Shown one piece after another: positions 63,856-64,000 of a stretch of DNA of 64,000 nt. The stretch spans positions 90,148,001 through 90,212,000 of the forward strand of contig NC_092347.1 of the NCBI RefSeq assembly GCF_963676685.1, given 5' to 3'. Position 1 is the stretch's first letter; each line of letters starts with the position of its first letter. A program made the translations under genes and the position numbers. Origin of the DNA: Mytilus edulis. Taxonomy: Eukaryota. Under the pieces are notes generated by a model. It was not told where the DNA came from and searched no databases. It saw only the letters and a program-made list of their open reading frames with translations.

Positions 63856-64000
63856 CATTTCGTTAAAAGATTAGACGGTATGCAAAAAGTACAATAACAA
63901 AAATAACAAACTCCGAAGATAATTCAAAACGGGAAGTTATAAGCTCAAATACATCAAACGAATTGATAACAACTGTAATATTCCTGTTTTGGTACAAGCA

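Overview
AT-rich, intron-containing animal genomic DNA. The repeat landscape and gene content suggest a bivalve, probably a mussel (inference). Host genes supported by ORFs and splice signals: (1) the 5' part of a small secreted Cys-containing precursor running off the left edge (minus, exons 1406-1367 and 961-804), missed by the ORF track; (2) a single-coding-exon DHHC palmitoyltransferase (14460-15512, minus); (3) a two-exon 407-aa secreted low-complexity protein with acidic FxF repeats, a Gly/Lys/Arg-rich insert and a Pro/Ser tail (25322-23210, minus); (4,5) two tandem three-exon temptin-like secreted proteins (29482-32344 and 33682-44739, plus); (6) an aminergic class A GPCR (60398-61408, minus) with a decayed tandem paralog near 63500-63855. 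Most of the rest is mobile DNA: a locally duplicated non-LTR retrotransposon carrying nested Harbinger-like MITEs and a solo LTR, Helentron/HINE-like and TTAA-MITE elements, SINEs, two minisatellites and a ~2 kb inverted duplication. The main non-coding system is a set of Penelope-like elements (PLEs; one shows an N-terminal GIY-YIG domain, Naiad-type) plus ~359-bp hammerhead-ribozyme (retrozyme-like) repeats. An empty-site comparison inside the window shows that a degenerate hammerhead cassette was inserted as part of a PLE 3' end. The retrozyme monomer also carries a second, antisense hammerhead-like relic. All calls were made by eye, without database searches or folding software.
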